Shown here: in pieces, positions 9,474 through 19,720 of the stretch | Numbering within the stretch: the stretch's first letter is position 1 | Layout: every line of letters starts with the position of its first letter | NCBI GenBank assembly: GCA_038108555.1 | Contig: JAYNIA010000021.1 | Coordinates: 1 to 43,488 of the forward strand | Direction of reading: 5' to 3' | DNA: 43,488 nucleotides | From: Nitrospinota bacterium | GTDB lineage: Bacteria; Nitrospinota; Nitrospinia; Nitrospinales; VA-1 | Position numbers and translations under genes: made by a program | The notes under the pieces: generated by a model | Told to the model about the DNA's origin: nothing | Databases searched by the model: none | Seen by the model: only the letters and a program-made list of their open reading frames with translations

Positions 9474-11153
9474 GGCAGGTTGCGCTGCAAGTTGCTCTTC
9501 ATGCTGCAAAAGGATTTCAATCATCCTGTTTGATTCCTTTTTAAGCAACCCATAACATTTTCTACTTTCAACACTCAATTGACAGACATCAGTTCCTGTC
9601 AAATTTTCTTTCCTTTTGCTGAACATATCTGTGATTGGCTTTAACTCCGGGTGTGCCATCCCCGTCAACTCAATTTTCTCATCCAATTTATCGATATCCT
9701 CACCAAACTTTACCAGCATGGCTGGGCGCGCACGTTTTACAGATGCGTTCTTTACAATTTCCTCACAAAGCCCTATTCCTTTTTGCCCAAAACTTGCAAT
9801 TTCCTTTAGCAAGTGGATTTTTTCTTCCAGCGTTTCCGAAAAAATTTCCAATTCTGGAGGACCAAAATCGTTCAACCTGTCTTTTATTAAATCAATTTCG
9901 GTTCTTGTTTCTATATCCAGAGTCTCTCGCCATAGAACGGCATAGGCCATTCGAAAAATATCGGCCCAAGCTAATGGGTGTTTAATTAAAGGTTTTAAGC
10001 TAACCAATCCCTGAGAGGATTTTACGGTTTCATAAATATTTAATTCCTCAACTCCCTCCAAATCTTCAGGCAAAACCCACGTTTTATGTTCATCACGCTT
10101 TTCTATAAAGGATAAAATATGTTCAGGAGAAACTTTATCAATACATATTATATTATTGCAATGAACCCCATAGCTACAGGGAGCGCATGAAATCCGCGCC
10201 TGAAAAATTAGATGCCCCTCTGAATAAGGAGCTGTTTCAAATGGATGTGCATGAGCAAAAAATAATCCGATAATTGGAGTATCCAACGCCGCAGCCAGGT
10301 GCATGGTGCCGGTATCATTGGTAACCAGAAAATCGCACCCTTTTAGCAGATGCGTCAATTCCTGCAAATCTGTTTTTCCGGTTAAATCAGTTATATTTGA
10401 TTTGTCTTTTACCAAGGCCATCATGTCCTGGGCAGATTTACTTTCTGATGCGACTCCAAAAAGTAATATTTGGGCGTCTAGTTTTTCTGTCAATAAATCT
10501 GCCAACTTTGCAAATGATGCGGTCGACCATCTTCTATTTTCAAGACTGGATCCAATTTGAAACCCGATAATCCTTTTTACTCCGACTTCAGATAATTCTT
10601 TCAATATTTCATTTTCTCTTACTATTTTGTTTTCAATGACTTTAATTTCTTTCCCTGCCAGATTAATTCCTCCACTTCGGGAAAAAATTTCAACCAGATT
10701 ATAATCATTGAAAGTCCGGTTAAACGGTTCGGTTCCAAAATATTGCATCCAGGGATGTCCTGTCATTCGGTCCCCAGTACCATTACAATGAAATCCAATA
10801 ATATCTTTAATTTTTAAATAGTGCACCATCAGGGCACTTAACCTTGAATGGCTCAAGTTCACTAATAAATCATAGGATTCGTTTCGAATCTTATTCAATT
10901 CTGCTTCAAGATATCTGTAAATTTTTACCCAGGACTTGTCCTTCCACTCCTCCGCCTTCTTAAACTGTCTCAAGTTCAGTACCAGGGAGTGGTCTATGTT
11001 CGGAATCAAAGAAACCGCTCCTTCAAAGTCGCTGGAAACCATCAATGTAATATTTGCATCGGGATGCTTTTCTCTAAGACCATTAATTAGAGGAGTTGTC
11101 TGAATCAAATCTCCCATCCTTGTCAGACTCAAAATAAGTATCTTTTTAGCCAC
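9468..11153 (-). CDS. GT9 (heptosyltransferase-like) glycosyltransferase with about 200-aa C-terminal helical extension
   Basis: RMGDLIQTTPLI, DLTGKTDL, VTNDTGTMHLAAAL, CAPC-x4-C-x4-C. Confidence 0.85.
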   Translation of the reverse strand: MAKKILILSLTRMGDLIQTTPLINGLREKHPDANITLMVSSDFEGAVSLIPNIDHSLVLNLRQFKKAEEWKDKSWVKIYRYLEAELNKIRNESYDLLVNLSHSRLSALMVHYLKIKDIIGFHCNGTGDRMTGHPWMQYFGTEPFNRTFNDYNLVEIFSRSGGINLAGKEIKVIENKIVRENEILKELSEVGVKRIIGFQIGSSLENRRWSTASFAKLADLLTEKLDAQILLFGVASESKSAQDMMALVKDKSNITDLTGKTDLQELTHLLKGCDFLVTNDTGTMHLAAALDTPIIGLFFAHAHPFETAPYSEGHLIFQARISCAPCSYGVHCNNIICIDKVSPEHILSFIEKRDEHKTWVLPEDLEGVEELNIYETVKSSQGLVSLKPLIKHPLAWADIFRMAYAVLWRETLDIETRTEIDLIKDRLNDFGPPELEIFSETLEEKIHLLKEIASFGQKGIGLCEEIVKNASVKRARPAMLVKFGEDIDKLDEKIELTGMAHPELKPITDMFSKRKENLTGTDVCQLSVESRKCYGLLKKESNRMIEILLQHEEQLAAQPAL

Positions 11154-11155
11154 GG

Positions 11156-12943
11156 CTATACTTTCTCCTGTATTAACTGATCCAACATCATGATCAGAGT
11201 TTCATTGTCGTCCAAATCGCCCTCGCCCTCATGAATTCTTTTGGCCATGGTCTTCAATGAAAAATTCTTCGTTCCTTCAAATTCCTTTAAATACGCTCCT
11301 AACTTTGTATCTTCCCCTGCTTTGGATATGCAATAAGCTAAAGGATCAAGCCGATTCTCTTCAATATTGTTTAACATATCCAACCGATTGGTGAATATAT
11401 GAATGAGCAATTCCTGCATACGATGTTCAATCGTATGCTCACTCAATACCCGTTGATAGGAACGCTGAGCAATCACATCTCTCAAATCTGAGTTTTGAAG
11501 ATAAAATTCAATTTGTTCCTTCATTTCATCGAGAGATTTAAAAACAATTATCTCTTCATTAACCTTGAACAAGTTTATTAAATCTGACCGGTCATCCAAC
11601 AACTGAAACCCTTTACAAGCTGCTATTTCGAAAGTTCTGGGGTTTACAAAATCTCCTTCAGGATTAATCCCATAATGATAGGAAGAGGAATGAAGATTTA
11701 AATTAATTTTTGCGGCATTGTAGATATCTACGGTTTCTTCTGTGGTAATACGTTTATTGTTATTCTGAAGCCTTTTTCCTAATGGAGTTTCAGTATTCCA
11801 GCCTGTTCCCCATATTTTAAAATCCATACCGAGCAACCTGGGAAAAGACTGAACTCGGTTGTGATATGCGGCTCCCATGAAAGAAATATCGGCTCCATAA
11901 AGAGCTTTCTTCTCTACCGACAAATCCAAGGGACGATGCATGGGAGTGTGGGCAGCTTGTGGGAGATAATAACAATCCTTAACACCATTTTTTATTAACT
12001 GTGAATGGAACTCCTCTTTTTGCAGCGTAAAGAAATGATCATACGCGCTAGACACTTCTTTCCAATAAGTGAGTGTCCTGAAGTCTTCAACAAACCAAAA
12101 CGCAATGGGAATATTTAATTCTTTTAAGCGATGGATAGCATTAGGAGTCAACGGTGCCTGAGCTAAAGCAAGAATCAGGTCTGGGCGAAACTCTGCAGCT
12201 TTAGCCGCAGTCATTTCTCCCATCAGGCTCATTAATTTTTCCGATAATACCTCTGCATTGGTTTTAACCTGTGTTGCTTCTTTGAGGGAAAAAAAACCAT
12301 CTGCAAACTTATCACAATCGACTGTTTCCACCTCATGTCCAAGTCCTTTTAAAGCCTCGCTGCAATAATTGGCGGTAGGTAAAGATCCCCCATATATGGG
12401 TTTAACGACTAAAATGCGCAATGATTTATTATCTATAAAATCTCTTGCATTTAAGCCTTTATCGATCTGTTCATAATAAGCCTCCCCTATTCGTATTGAA
12501 GGAGTATGTTTAAAAATTTTCCATTGTGATGGTTCGAAACGCGCCAACAAGCTAGCAGGGGTTTCTGCAATTCTAAAACGGACTCCCGGTAAAAAAGGAG
12601 TAAGGTCGATAGATTCCAAAAAAGCCCTAAAAACAGACATCAAAGGTTCTATAACCGTTACCTCGGAGTGCTTGAGCATGGGCAATATGTGGTAACCAAA
12701 ACCCAGGCCAAAAACAACGGTCCGGGACTGGTCATCATATTCGAATTCCCGAGTCAACTGCTCTCCTTCTTTAAGAGGATAATACTGGCTGTGGAGATTG
12801 ATCCCGCCAATTTTAGGTACAGGCAAACCTTCTTTGGACAAGCTGACGACCATATTTTCCGGGCTTTTTATCACCCTTACCCGTTTTGCAAGAGCTGGAT
12901 CATGCTTCTCAAGGAGTTTTATATTTTGTTCAAAAAAATTCAT
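11156..12943 (-). CDS. CgeB-like glycosyltransferase with N-terminal Maf/DUF115-like domain
   Basis: N-terminus FEQNIKLL...LHSQYYP...VFGLGFGYH...VIEP. C-terminus SFMGA..NR, IYNAAKINLNLH, NPRTFEIAAC, EHTIEHRM. Confidence 0.8.
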   Translation of the reverse strand: MNFFEQNIKLLEKHDPALAKRVRVIKSPENMVVSLSKEGLPVPKIGGINLHSQYYPLKEGEQLTREFEYDDQSRTVVFGLGFGYHILPMLKHSEVTVIEPLMSVFRAFLESIDLTPFLPGVRFRIAETPASLLARFEPSQWKIFKHTPSIRIGEAYYEQIDKGLNARDFIDNKSLRILVVKPIYGGSLPTANYCSEALKGLGHEVETVDCDKFADGFFSLKEATQVKTNAEVLSEKLMSLMGEMTAAKAAEFRPDLILALAQAPLTPNAIHRLKELNIPIAFWFVEDFRTLTYWKEVSSAYDHFFTLQKEEFHSQLIKNGVKDCYYLPQAAHTPMHRPLDLSVEKKALYGADISFMGAAYHNRVQSFPRLLGMDFKIWGTGWNTETPLGKRLQNNNKRITTEETVDIYNAAKINLNLHSSSYHYGINPEGDFVNPRTFEIAACKGFQLLDDRSDLINLFKVNEEIIVFKSLDEMKEQIEFYLQNSDLRDVIAQRSYQRVLSEHTIEHRMQELLIHIFTNRLDMLNNIEENRLDPLAYCISKAGEDTKLGAYLKEFEGTKNFSLKTMAKRIHEGEGDLDDNETLIMMLDQLIQEKV

Positions 12944-12951
12944 CTAGCTAT

Positions 12952-15900
12952 TTAGTCCACCGAAACCGTTCGCACATTGTTTTTGAAGTCCAGGGCTAAT
13001 TTATAGTTCGGATCAATTATTAAAACATCCTCTACGGTGCGGAGCGAATCCTCGATTTTACCCATTTTGTATTCAATGCCAGCCAAAGTGAACAGCATGT
13101 TGATATTTGCTGGATGAAGTTCAAGAAATCGTTTTAAATATTTATATGCATTTTCAAAATTTTCTGTTTTGTACGAAAGCTCGATCAGTGATTTATTTGC
13201 CAGCAAATTCTCAATATTCAACTCCAGTGCCCGACAAAAATGGTTTTCGGACTGCTGGTATTCGTTTAAGTCTGATTTCAAAATACCCAGGGCGCAAAAA
13301 GCTTTGTCACTTTTGGGGTTTAGATCGACGGCTCGATTTAAATGGATTTCAGCTTGTTTTAGATTTTTTCTAAAAATTTCAAGGATTCCCAACCCCAACC
13401 AGGCTTTATAGTTTTGGGAGTCATGAGTTTTTGCTTTGATAAAGCTTTCTTCTGCTTTATTTGGATTTTGCAGTCTCATATAACAATTTCCAACTCCTAC
13501 CAGTGCTTCTGAGCTAGTAGGATGGGCTTTCAGTACTCTCTCATAACTTTTTAAAGAAGTTTCATAGTTTCCCTCTTCAAAATAATTTGCAGCTTCTGTT
13601 AAAAGTGTTTCCATAATTTTACTTTGATCCTCATCAGGATTTATGGTTTGGTTTAATGATGCCACTTTTACTTTTTTGGCAACGATTTTATATTGAAAAA
13701 CGAAAAACCTTCGGATCTCTTCAGGAGTTAATTGATCAATAGATAGTCGACCAAATTTAATTGCAGAATGTTTTCCATTTGAAAAATTGTTATATTGTGG
13801 GTCCAGTGTTTCTTCCACATGTTGGATTCTAAGCCCAGCTTCCTCCATCAATTTTTCTATTTCTTTATAAGTAAAAAATCTGAGATGGGTTTCATCCAGT
13901 ATCCCTTCCTTCTGATAAGTCCAATTACCTTCAATTAACTGGTGGACCACCCCATAAAATTGAACGTTAGGAATACTCATAACTACGGTTCCGTCTTCTT
14001 TTAGAACTTTATTTACCTTTGTCAACGCGGAAAGCGGATCCACCAGATGTTCCAAGACATCTGCAAAAACCACACAATCAAATGCAGAGGGGCTGTAGGG
14101 CAGATCCATACTTTCAATATTCCCGGTGATTACATCATCCAATCCTTCTCGGGCTTTCTCTGCAGCCGATTCGTTCATTTCTATCCCGGCCACAAAAACA
14201 CCATGTCTCTTTTTGAGTTCACGGCCTGTCATACCTTCTGCGCAACCCACCTCCAGGATACAATTAGCGTCTTCCGGTATCAGTGGTAAAAGATCATGGC
14301 GGATATTCTTGTAATAGTTTTCAGGTTTATCGGTAGCACTTGAGTTATGATTTGAATCGGACATGTTTTTATCTAGGACAGATATCAAATCCCTAACTCG
14401 ATGTTGGTAGGTATGTTTATCCAAGACTTCCTGACGGCCCTGTTCAGCAATGAGCTGTCTTTCGTCGTCATGTTTCAAATAATATGAAATCTGTTCATTG
14501 ATTGTTTCATCGTTGTAAAAAACGAGATGTTTTTTATCCTCAAACATCTCTTCAAGTCCACTGCCTTGAGCAGGGTCCGTCAATAGCATACTCCCAGAAC
14601 ACAAGGCCTCAAAAACCCTCATATTAAGATCACTATTAATGGCGTTATTGAAGACAATTTTAGATTGAGAGTAATGCTCGGCCATTTCTTCCATGAACTT
14701 TCGTTCACAATTCAAATCAAAACTGGAGCCAATTTTTTCTAGAAGAGCTTTTCGGCGATTCCAGGTTTGGGGGATGGTTCCTACAAAGCCCACATCCCAA
14801 TTTTTATCCACTTCCACCTTTCCGTGAATATCAGGATCACAGGCCAAGGGAAGCCAGAAAACATTCTCTATTCCCTCCGCTTCCATTTTTTCTACATAGG
14901 ATTTTTGTGCCAGAAAGACAAAATCAAAATTTCGAGCTATCTCAACATGCTTCTCGTAGTTAATATGAGTGTCTATCAGGTAGCAAACTTTTGGCAGGTC
15001 ATGATTCTTTAAATCGGTTGGGACCCCACTTAAACCCGTCTCTACCCATAAATAAAAATCAGGATTCCATCCATGTGGTAGCTGATCCAACACTTCCTTT
15101 AAAGATGTGTTATTGCTTCTTGGAATATCTTGCGGCGTTACCTCCCACTTCAAGTTTTCCAGGTTCCAGTTTTTAATTATTTCATCATTTATTTGGGCTC
15201 CACATGTCATTACATTATGATTTTTTCTTAAAGCCCGTTCCAGGTAATGTGCGGTTGTGGCTGGATAGGAAACAAAATCCATCAAAATATTTTTTCTGGA
15301 TTTTTCGGAGAAAGGCTGTGAATCTGCCTGAATATTGATGCCGGTTTTTTTCAGGAAATCCTTGATAGCGGATTCAACAACTCCATTCCAGGATTGCAGG
15401 AATTTATGGATTGGGAATTTCTCAGAAACAGTTCGTCTGGCGTTTTTACCCATTCGTTCTGCCAGAACAGGGTCCTTCATCAAGATATCAATACATCGAT
15501 TCAAATATTCAGGGTCGTCAGAACAAAACCCATTTTCACCATCCAGAATCGGACTTGTTTTATTGGATGAAGCAATAACCGGCATTCCGGTTGCCATAGC
15601 TTCCAGCATGGCCATGTTGTAGCCATCTTCATATCCATCAACCGTGGTATTTAAATAAACCCGGTTATTTTTGTATTGATTAAGAAGATCTTCAAACCCG
15701 TCTGAAATTCGTGAACCCGGAATTTCAGGGTTCATTCCCAGGGTCAACAGAGGATGATTTCCCACCACTTGCTCACCAAACGAATAGCCCATCATCAAAT
15801 CACGTTCTTTGAGCAAATTTCCTACACGTAATACCTTTTTCGTTTCCCCCGTATAACCTCCATATTCTGAAATATCAAATCCGGGTAAGATAATACTTCC

Positions 15901-16320
15901 TTCCATGTTCCAATCCGCTTGCTTCATTGGAGAAATGAAAACCCTGGTAGTCCCTTCTAACAAAGGAGTAATTTTATCTAAATACTCTTCTCTATCCACC
16001 TTCCCTTTTCCAAGCCCTATTTCCGTGGTCAAGGCATTGTGAAAAACAATCACTTTGGGGAGTGAATAATCCTTTACCGCTATGAGATCTTTTACATTGT
16101 GTGCAATAATGCAATCGATTTCTCCCTGCTCGAGTTTATTTTGAGCTTGTATCATGGAAAGCAACTCAAAATTATTTGGAAGAGGACGCATTTTTTGGTC
16201 CCACTTTCTAAAATTTTCAGGGGCAATTTCCGGTTCCACAACGAGAAAATCATGATCCATTTTTGATAAAAGACAAAGATAAGGCTCGTGCCAATTGAAG
16301 GTTAGAATTTTCAATTTCAT
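12952..16320 (-). CDS. Multidomain protein: GT4-like GT, CgeB-like GT, SAM methyltransferase, TPR repeats
   Basis: MAMLEAMATGMPVI (GT4); DLNMRVFEALCSG and HTYQHRV (CgeB-like); ILEVGCAEG, FADVLEHLVDP, THLRFFT (methyltransferase); C-terminal TPRs. Confidence 0.88.
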   Translation of the reverse strand: MKLKILTFNWHEPYLCLLSKMDHDFLVVEPEIAPENFRKWDQKMRPLPNNFELLSMIQAQNKLEQGEIDCIIAHNVKDLIAVKDYSLPKVIVFHNALTTEIGLGKGKVDREEYLDKITPLLEGTTRVFISPMKQADWNMEGSIILPGFDISEYGGYTGETKKVLRVGNLLKERDLMMGYSFGEQVVGNHPLLTLGMNPEIPGSRISDGFEDLLNQYKNNRVYLNTTVDGYEDGYNMAMLEAMATGMPVIASSNKTSPILDGENGFCSDDPEYLNRCIDILMKDPVLAERMGKNARRTVSEKFPIHKFLQSWNGVVESAIKDFLKKTGINIQADSQPFSEKSRKNILMDFVSYPATTAHYLERALRKNHNVMTCGAQINDEIIKNWNLENLKWEVTPQDIPRSNNTSLKEVLDQLPHGWNPDFYLWVETGLSGVPTDLKNHDLPKVCYLIDTHINYEKHVEIARNFDFVFLAQKSYVEKMEAEGIENVFWLPLACDPDIHGKVEVDKNWDVGFVGTIPQTWNRRKALLEKIGSSFDLNCERKFMEEMAEHYSQSKIVFNNAINSDLNMRVFEALCSGSMLLTDPAQGSGLEEMFEDKKHLVFYNDETINEQISYYLKHDDERQLIAEQGRQEVLDKHTYQHRVRDLISVLDKNMSDSNHNSSATDKPENYYKNIRHDLLPLIPEDANCILEVGCAEGMTGRELKKRHGVFVAGIEMNESAAEKAREGLDDVITGNIESMDLPYSPSAFDCVVFADVLEHLVDPLSALTKVNKVLKEDGTVVMSIPNVQFYGVVHQLIEGNWTYQKEGILDETHLRFFTYKEIEKLMEEAGLRIQHVEETLDPQYNNFSNGKHSAIKFGRLSIDQLTPEEIRRFFVFQYKIVAKKVKVASLNQTINPDEDQSKIMETLLTEAANYFEEGNYETSLKSYERVLKAHPTSSEALVGVGNCYMRLQNPNKAEESFIKAKTHDSQNYKAWLGLGILEIFRKNLKQAEIHLNRAVDLNPKSDKAFCALGILKSDLNEYQQSENHFCRALELNIENLLANKSLIELSYKTENFENAYKYLKRFLELHPANINMLFTLAGIEYKMGKIEDSLRTVEDVLIIDPNYKLALDFKNNVRTVSVD

Positions 16321-16360
16321 ATAGAGGGAGGCTCCAGTTAATATTCATCAATCCTTTATA

Positions 16361-16387
16361 TTTTCGGAGAAATTCCTGAATCACTTA
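16361..16387 (-). promoter_or_regulatory. Sigma-28 (FliA)-like promoter ahead of the glycosyltransferase operon
   Basis: Minus strand: TAAG-N15-TCCGAAAA versus consensus TAAA-N15-GCCGATAA, 40 nt upstream of the ATG at 16320, with a GGAG RBS in between. Confidence 0.5.
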
Positions 16388-16565
16388 ACCCCAATTATTT
16401 TGGGCGTTTCATAGAGATTTCGGGCCTTGAAAGGATTCCCTGATTTTTGAGACAAAACAGCAGTTTTTACATCTAATAATCCTGAGGGAAGCAACCCGAA
16501 AAAGAGCAATGCAAATTAAAATAATCATTTAATTTCATATAGTTAAAAAAGATATCCTATAAATC

Positions 16566-17252
16566 ATGTTATCCGATCCAAATTCGAAAAAGATTAAAAA
16601 CCGCGAAAAATTAATCGAATATCGAAAGGCTTTTAAAGAAAAAAACCCCATGCCAGATGAAGTTCCCCAGGGAGAAGGCGAGTTAAATCGGGATGGGAAC
16701 CCTAAAGTTCCCCCCGGACAAAAAGTCGTCGAAAGCTGGCCGGTTCTGGATTTGGGGGTCACCCCTGAGCTGGATGAGTTTAATTGGAATTTGACCGTCT
16801 CAGGGCTTGTGAAGCATGTAAAAACCTTCGATTGGGATGCTTTCCAAGAGCTCCCACAAACCAAGGATGTTTCTGACTTCCACTGTGTGACCACCTGGAG
16901 CCGAATGGACAATCGCTGGGAGGGAGTTAAATTTTCAGATATTGCGGCCCATTGTGAAGTTTTGCCCAGCGCGAAATTCGTATTTATAAAGGCCTGGGAT
17001 GGCTATTCCACAAACCTACCACTTGAAGAGGCCATGAAATACGATGTTCTGCTCGTTCATAAATGGGAGAACCACCCCCTCACAAGAGAACATGGCGGGC
17101 CTGTGCGCATGATTACCCCTCAACTCTATGCCTGGAAGGGTGCGAAGTGGATTGGGGAAATTATTTTTCGGGATTATGATGAACCCGGATTCTGGGAAAA
17201 AAGAGGCTATTCAAACACAGGCGAACCCTGGCTAAATGATAGATACTCTTGA
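16566..17252 (+). CDS. Sulfite-oxidase-family molybdopterin-binding oxidoreductase (YuiH-like, cytoplasmic)
   Basis: PPGQ, DFHCVTTWS (Mo-ligand Cys), EHGGPVRM, YAWKGAKW, PGFWEKRGYS. No Tat signal. Confidence 0.9.
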   Translation: MLSDPNSKKIKNREKLIEYRKAFKEKNPMPDEVPQGEGELNRDGNPKVPPGQKVVESWPVLDLGVTPELDEFNWNLTVSGLVKHVKTFDWDAFQELPQTKDVSDFHCVTTWSRMDNRWEGVKFSDIAAHCEVLPSAKFVFIKAWDGYSTNLPLEEAMKYDVLLVHKWENHPLTREHGGPVRMITPQLYAWKGAKWIGEIIFRDYDEPGFWEKRGYSNTGEPWLNDRYS

Positions 17253-17259
17253 TGGACCT

Positions 17260-17994
17260 TCAGGTTACTCGAAAAGTCTTTAGTTTTTGAAAGGACTCGG
17301 AATCCATAATTACCTTCACACCTGCATCCCCTATCCCCGTATCAAACATGAGTAGCGTTTCAATATTTGTCAGGGTTTTGGTTTTAGCCAGATACTGCGC
17401 CGAATCCAAATGGAGGTAGTTCCTCGCAAGGTTAAGGTGTTTGACCCTTTGCAACACCTTGGATTTTGCAAGAATCTTTATCCCCTTTACAGTAAGATCC
17501 GTTCGGTACAGATTCAACTTCCTTAAATTGGCAAATGCCTTAGCTTTGGCCAAAGCAATTACCGGTTCATCTCCAATGGGGTTTTCCTGGAAAATCAGCA
17601 CCTGCAGTTTTCGAAAATCTTCACAACCAATAATCGCCATTGCGCCCATAGGACCAATATTGTTGTAGCGCAGGTCGAGCAAGGATAAGTTGCTAATGAA
17701 GTTTGCCCCGGGCAACTCCTTAATTCCCCTATCAGAAATATTATTGTCACCCAAATACAAACGCTTAAGGTTTGGAAATTTTTCGCTACGGAATAAATGA
17801 TGGGCGCCTCTCCAAGTTAATTTATTCCTGCTAAGATCCAGATTCTCTATCTCAAAGTCCCTATTGGTGTTTACCAAGGCCTCTACCCCTTCATCACCAA
17901 TAAACTTTCCATTCAACTCCAAAGCTTCGCCATCCTCGGAGAGGCATTCATCTATTACTCGGTTGATATAATCAAGTTTGGTGGGAGTAACCAC
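17260..17994 (-). CDS. Leucine-rich repeat protein (RI-like, about 28-aa repeats)
   Basis: Repeated LxxLxLxxNxIG units (IENLDLSRNKL, LKRLYLGDNNI, LSLLDLRYNNIG, VKHLNLARNYL). Confidence 0.88.
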   Translation of the reverse strand: MVTPTKLDYINRVIDECLSEDGEALELNGKFIGDEGVEALVNTNRDFEIENLDLSRNKLTWRGAHHLFRSEKFPNLKRLYLGDNNISDRGIKELPGANFISNLSLLDLRYNNIGPMGAMAIIGCEDFRKLQVLIFQENPIGDEPVIALAKAKAFANLRKLNLYRTDLTVKGIKILAKSKVLQRVKHLNLARNYLHLDSAQYLAKTKTLTNIETLLMFDTGIGDAGVKVIMDSESFQKLKTFRVT

Positions 17995-17995
17995 T

Positions 17996-18793
17996 TTAAT
18001 TTCTCCTCGGTTTCAAATTGACCGAACAGCGAAACCCGATATCATTAAATCCTCTGGACAGGGGATAGCTCCAATCCCGATACCCCGAAGCCATGGCCTT
18101 TACGGAATCCGACCAGGATCCCCCTCTTCTGACTTTCATAACCCCATTCGCAGGTCCCCTTGGGTTATGAAGAATGTCTGCATAATAAAACCGAACTGAA
18201 AACCAGTCACTCACCCATTCCCAAACATTTCCTGCCATATCATAAAGCCCGTTATTATTTGGAGGAAAACTGCCTACAGGAGATGCCTTATCCTGCAATT
18301 TCAAGCCACCTCTGGCGGGAGGATCCATAAGGTCAAACCCAGTACCCCAGGGGAATTCGCATCCATTTCCGTTTCCAGCGGCCCTTTCCCATTGTGCCTC
18401 AGTTGGGAGAGACTTTCCGATAAGATGACAGTAATCTGCCGCTTCATACCAGCTTATTTTGGATACGGGACAGTCATCACAATCGGAAAAAATACTTCTT
18501 CTTAAACCATGCTCGGGGAAAATTGATTCAAATTGTTTATTGGTAACTTCGTATTTATCTATCCAGTAGGCATCTAAATGCACCGTCTGTTCCGGAGCAC
18601 CATGCTTGGGGCCAAACTGATTGCAACCTCTCTTAAAGGTTCCCGACGGGATCATCACCATACCATCAATCACCTTTGATTCTTCTGCAAAAGCAGAAAA
18701 TATACCCGTAAACGATAGAAACATAAAAACTATAACTGCAACAGGCATAATCTTATCTTGATAGAGAGTTTTAGACGAAACCTCGTCATCCAC
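17996..18793 (-). CDS. Exported FGE-sulfatase domain protein
   Basis: Signal peptide ending AFA-EE; LPTEAQWERAA, LYDMAGNVWEW, RGGSW, IGFRC. Start could be ATG at 18748. Confidence 0.88.
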   Translation of the reverse strand: MDDEVSSKTLYQDKIMPVAVIVFMFLSFTGIFSAFAEESKVIDGMVMIPSGTFKRGCNQFGPKHGAPEQTVHLDAYWIDKYEVTNKQFESIFPEHGLRRSIFSDCDDCPVSKISWYEAADYCHLIGKSLPTEAQWERAAGNGNGCEFPWGTGFDLMDPPARGGLKLQDKASPVGSFPPNNNGLYDMAGNVWEWVSDWFSVRFYYADILHNPRGPANGVMKVRRGGSWSDSVKAMASGYRDWSYPLSRGFNDIGFRCSVNLKPRRN

Positions 18794-19649
18794 GAAGTTG
18801 TTGCAATATCGCCAATGTGGCCCGGGACCTGTTCAAAGTATAAAAATGAATTCCCGGAGCTCCTGATTCAAGCAGTTCCCTGCATTGCTCAATGGCATGA
18901 TTTATGCCAACCTCTCTCACTTTTTCCGGATCATCCTGAAGCCCTTCAAACTTGGAAAGAAGCGAATCAGGTATGCTGGCACCACACATCTTGGTAAAAC
19001 GCTGACTTTGTTTTAAATTGAGTATAGGCATAATGCCGGGTATAACCGGGACTTCTATGCCTTCATTCCTGGCCCGGTCCATGAAATCAAAATAAAATTT
19101 GTTATCAAAAAATAATTGCGTGATAAGAAAATCAACTCCTGAATCTACCTTGCGCTTAAGGTTATCCATGTCAAGTTGTAGATTCGGACATTCAATATGA
19201 CCTTCCGGGTAGCAAGCGCCCCCAACACAAAAAGAGAATTTATTTTTTATAAAAGAGGTCAATTCATTGGCGTAACCAAACCCCCCCTCGGTTTTCACAA
19301 ACTGCTCTTCTCCTTTTGGCGGATCCCCCCTTAAAGCAAGGACATTTTCTATCCCACTATCCTGCAAACTTTCCAGGACGGAAACAATTTCATCCTTTTT
19401 ATGCCCAACGCAGGTCAGATGGGCCATACTTTCTATGCCAATTTCATTTTTTATTTTACCAACCAGGTCTACCGTTTTAGAACGGGTGCTTCCACCCGCT
19501 CCATACGTGACGGAAACAAAGGCTGGCTTAGCCGGTTTCAGCTGTTCGATGGTTTCAAATAAACTTTGAAAACCTGCCTCATCTTTTGGTGGGAAAAACT
19601 CAAAAGAAAAAACGCGGGACGAAGACTTTAATTTTTCACTAATTTTCAT
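18786..19649 (-). CDS. metF: 5,10-methylenetetrahydrofolate reductase
   Basis: FSFEFFPPK, FVSVTYGAGGSTR, AHLTCV, LALRGDPP, ITQLFFD, GIHFYTLN. Confidence 0.97.
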   Translation of the reverse strand: MKISEKLKSSSRVFSFEFFPPKDEAGFQSLFETIEQLKPAKPAFVSVTYGAGGSTRSKTVDLVGKIKNEIGIESMAHLTCVGHKKDEIVSVLESLQDSGIENVLALRGDPPKGEEQFVKTEGGFGYANELTSFIKNKFSFCVGGACYPEGHIECPNLQLDMDNLKRKVDSGVDFLITQLFFDNKFYFDFMDRARNEGIEVPVIPGIMPILNLKQSQRFTKMCGASIPDSLLSKFEGLQDDPEKVREVGINHAIEQCRELLESGAPGIHFYTLNRSRATLAILQQLRG

Positions 19650-19720
19650 TCCTTCGATAGTAACATAGGAATATTAAGAATTGAAGGAATGACTTTTCAA
19701 TGGTTTATCGGAATTCAACT

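Noticed and set aside
4757..18793. Two FGE/C-type-lectin-fold genes as diversity-generating retroelement targets
   Set aside because: No reverse transcriptase and no template repeat differing only at adenines was seen in the window.
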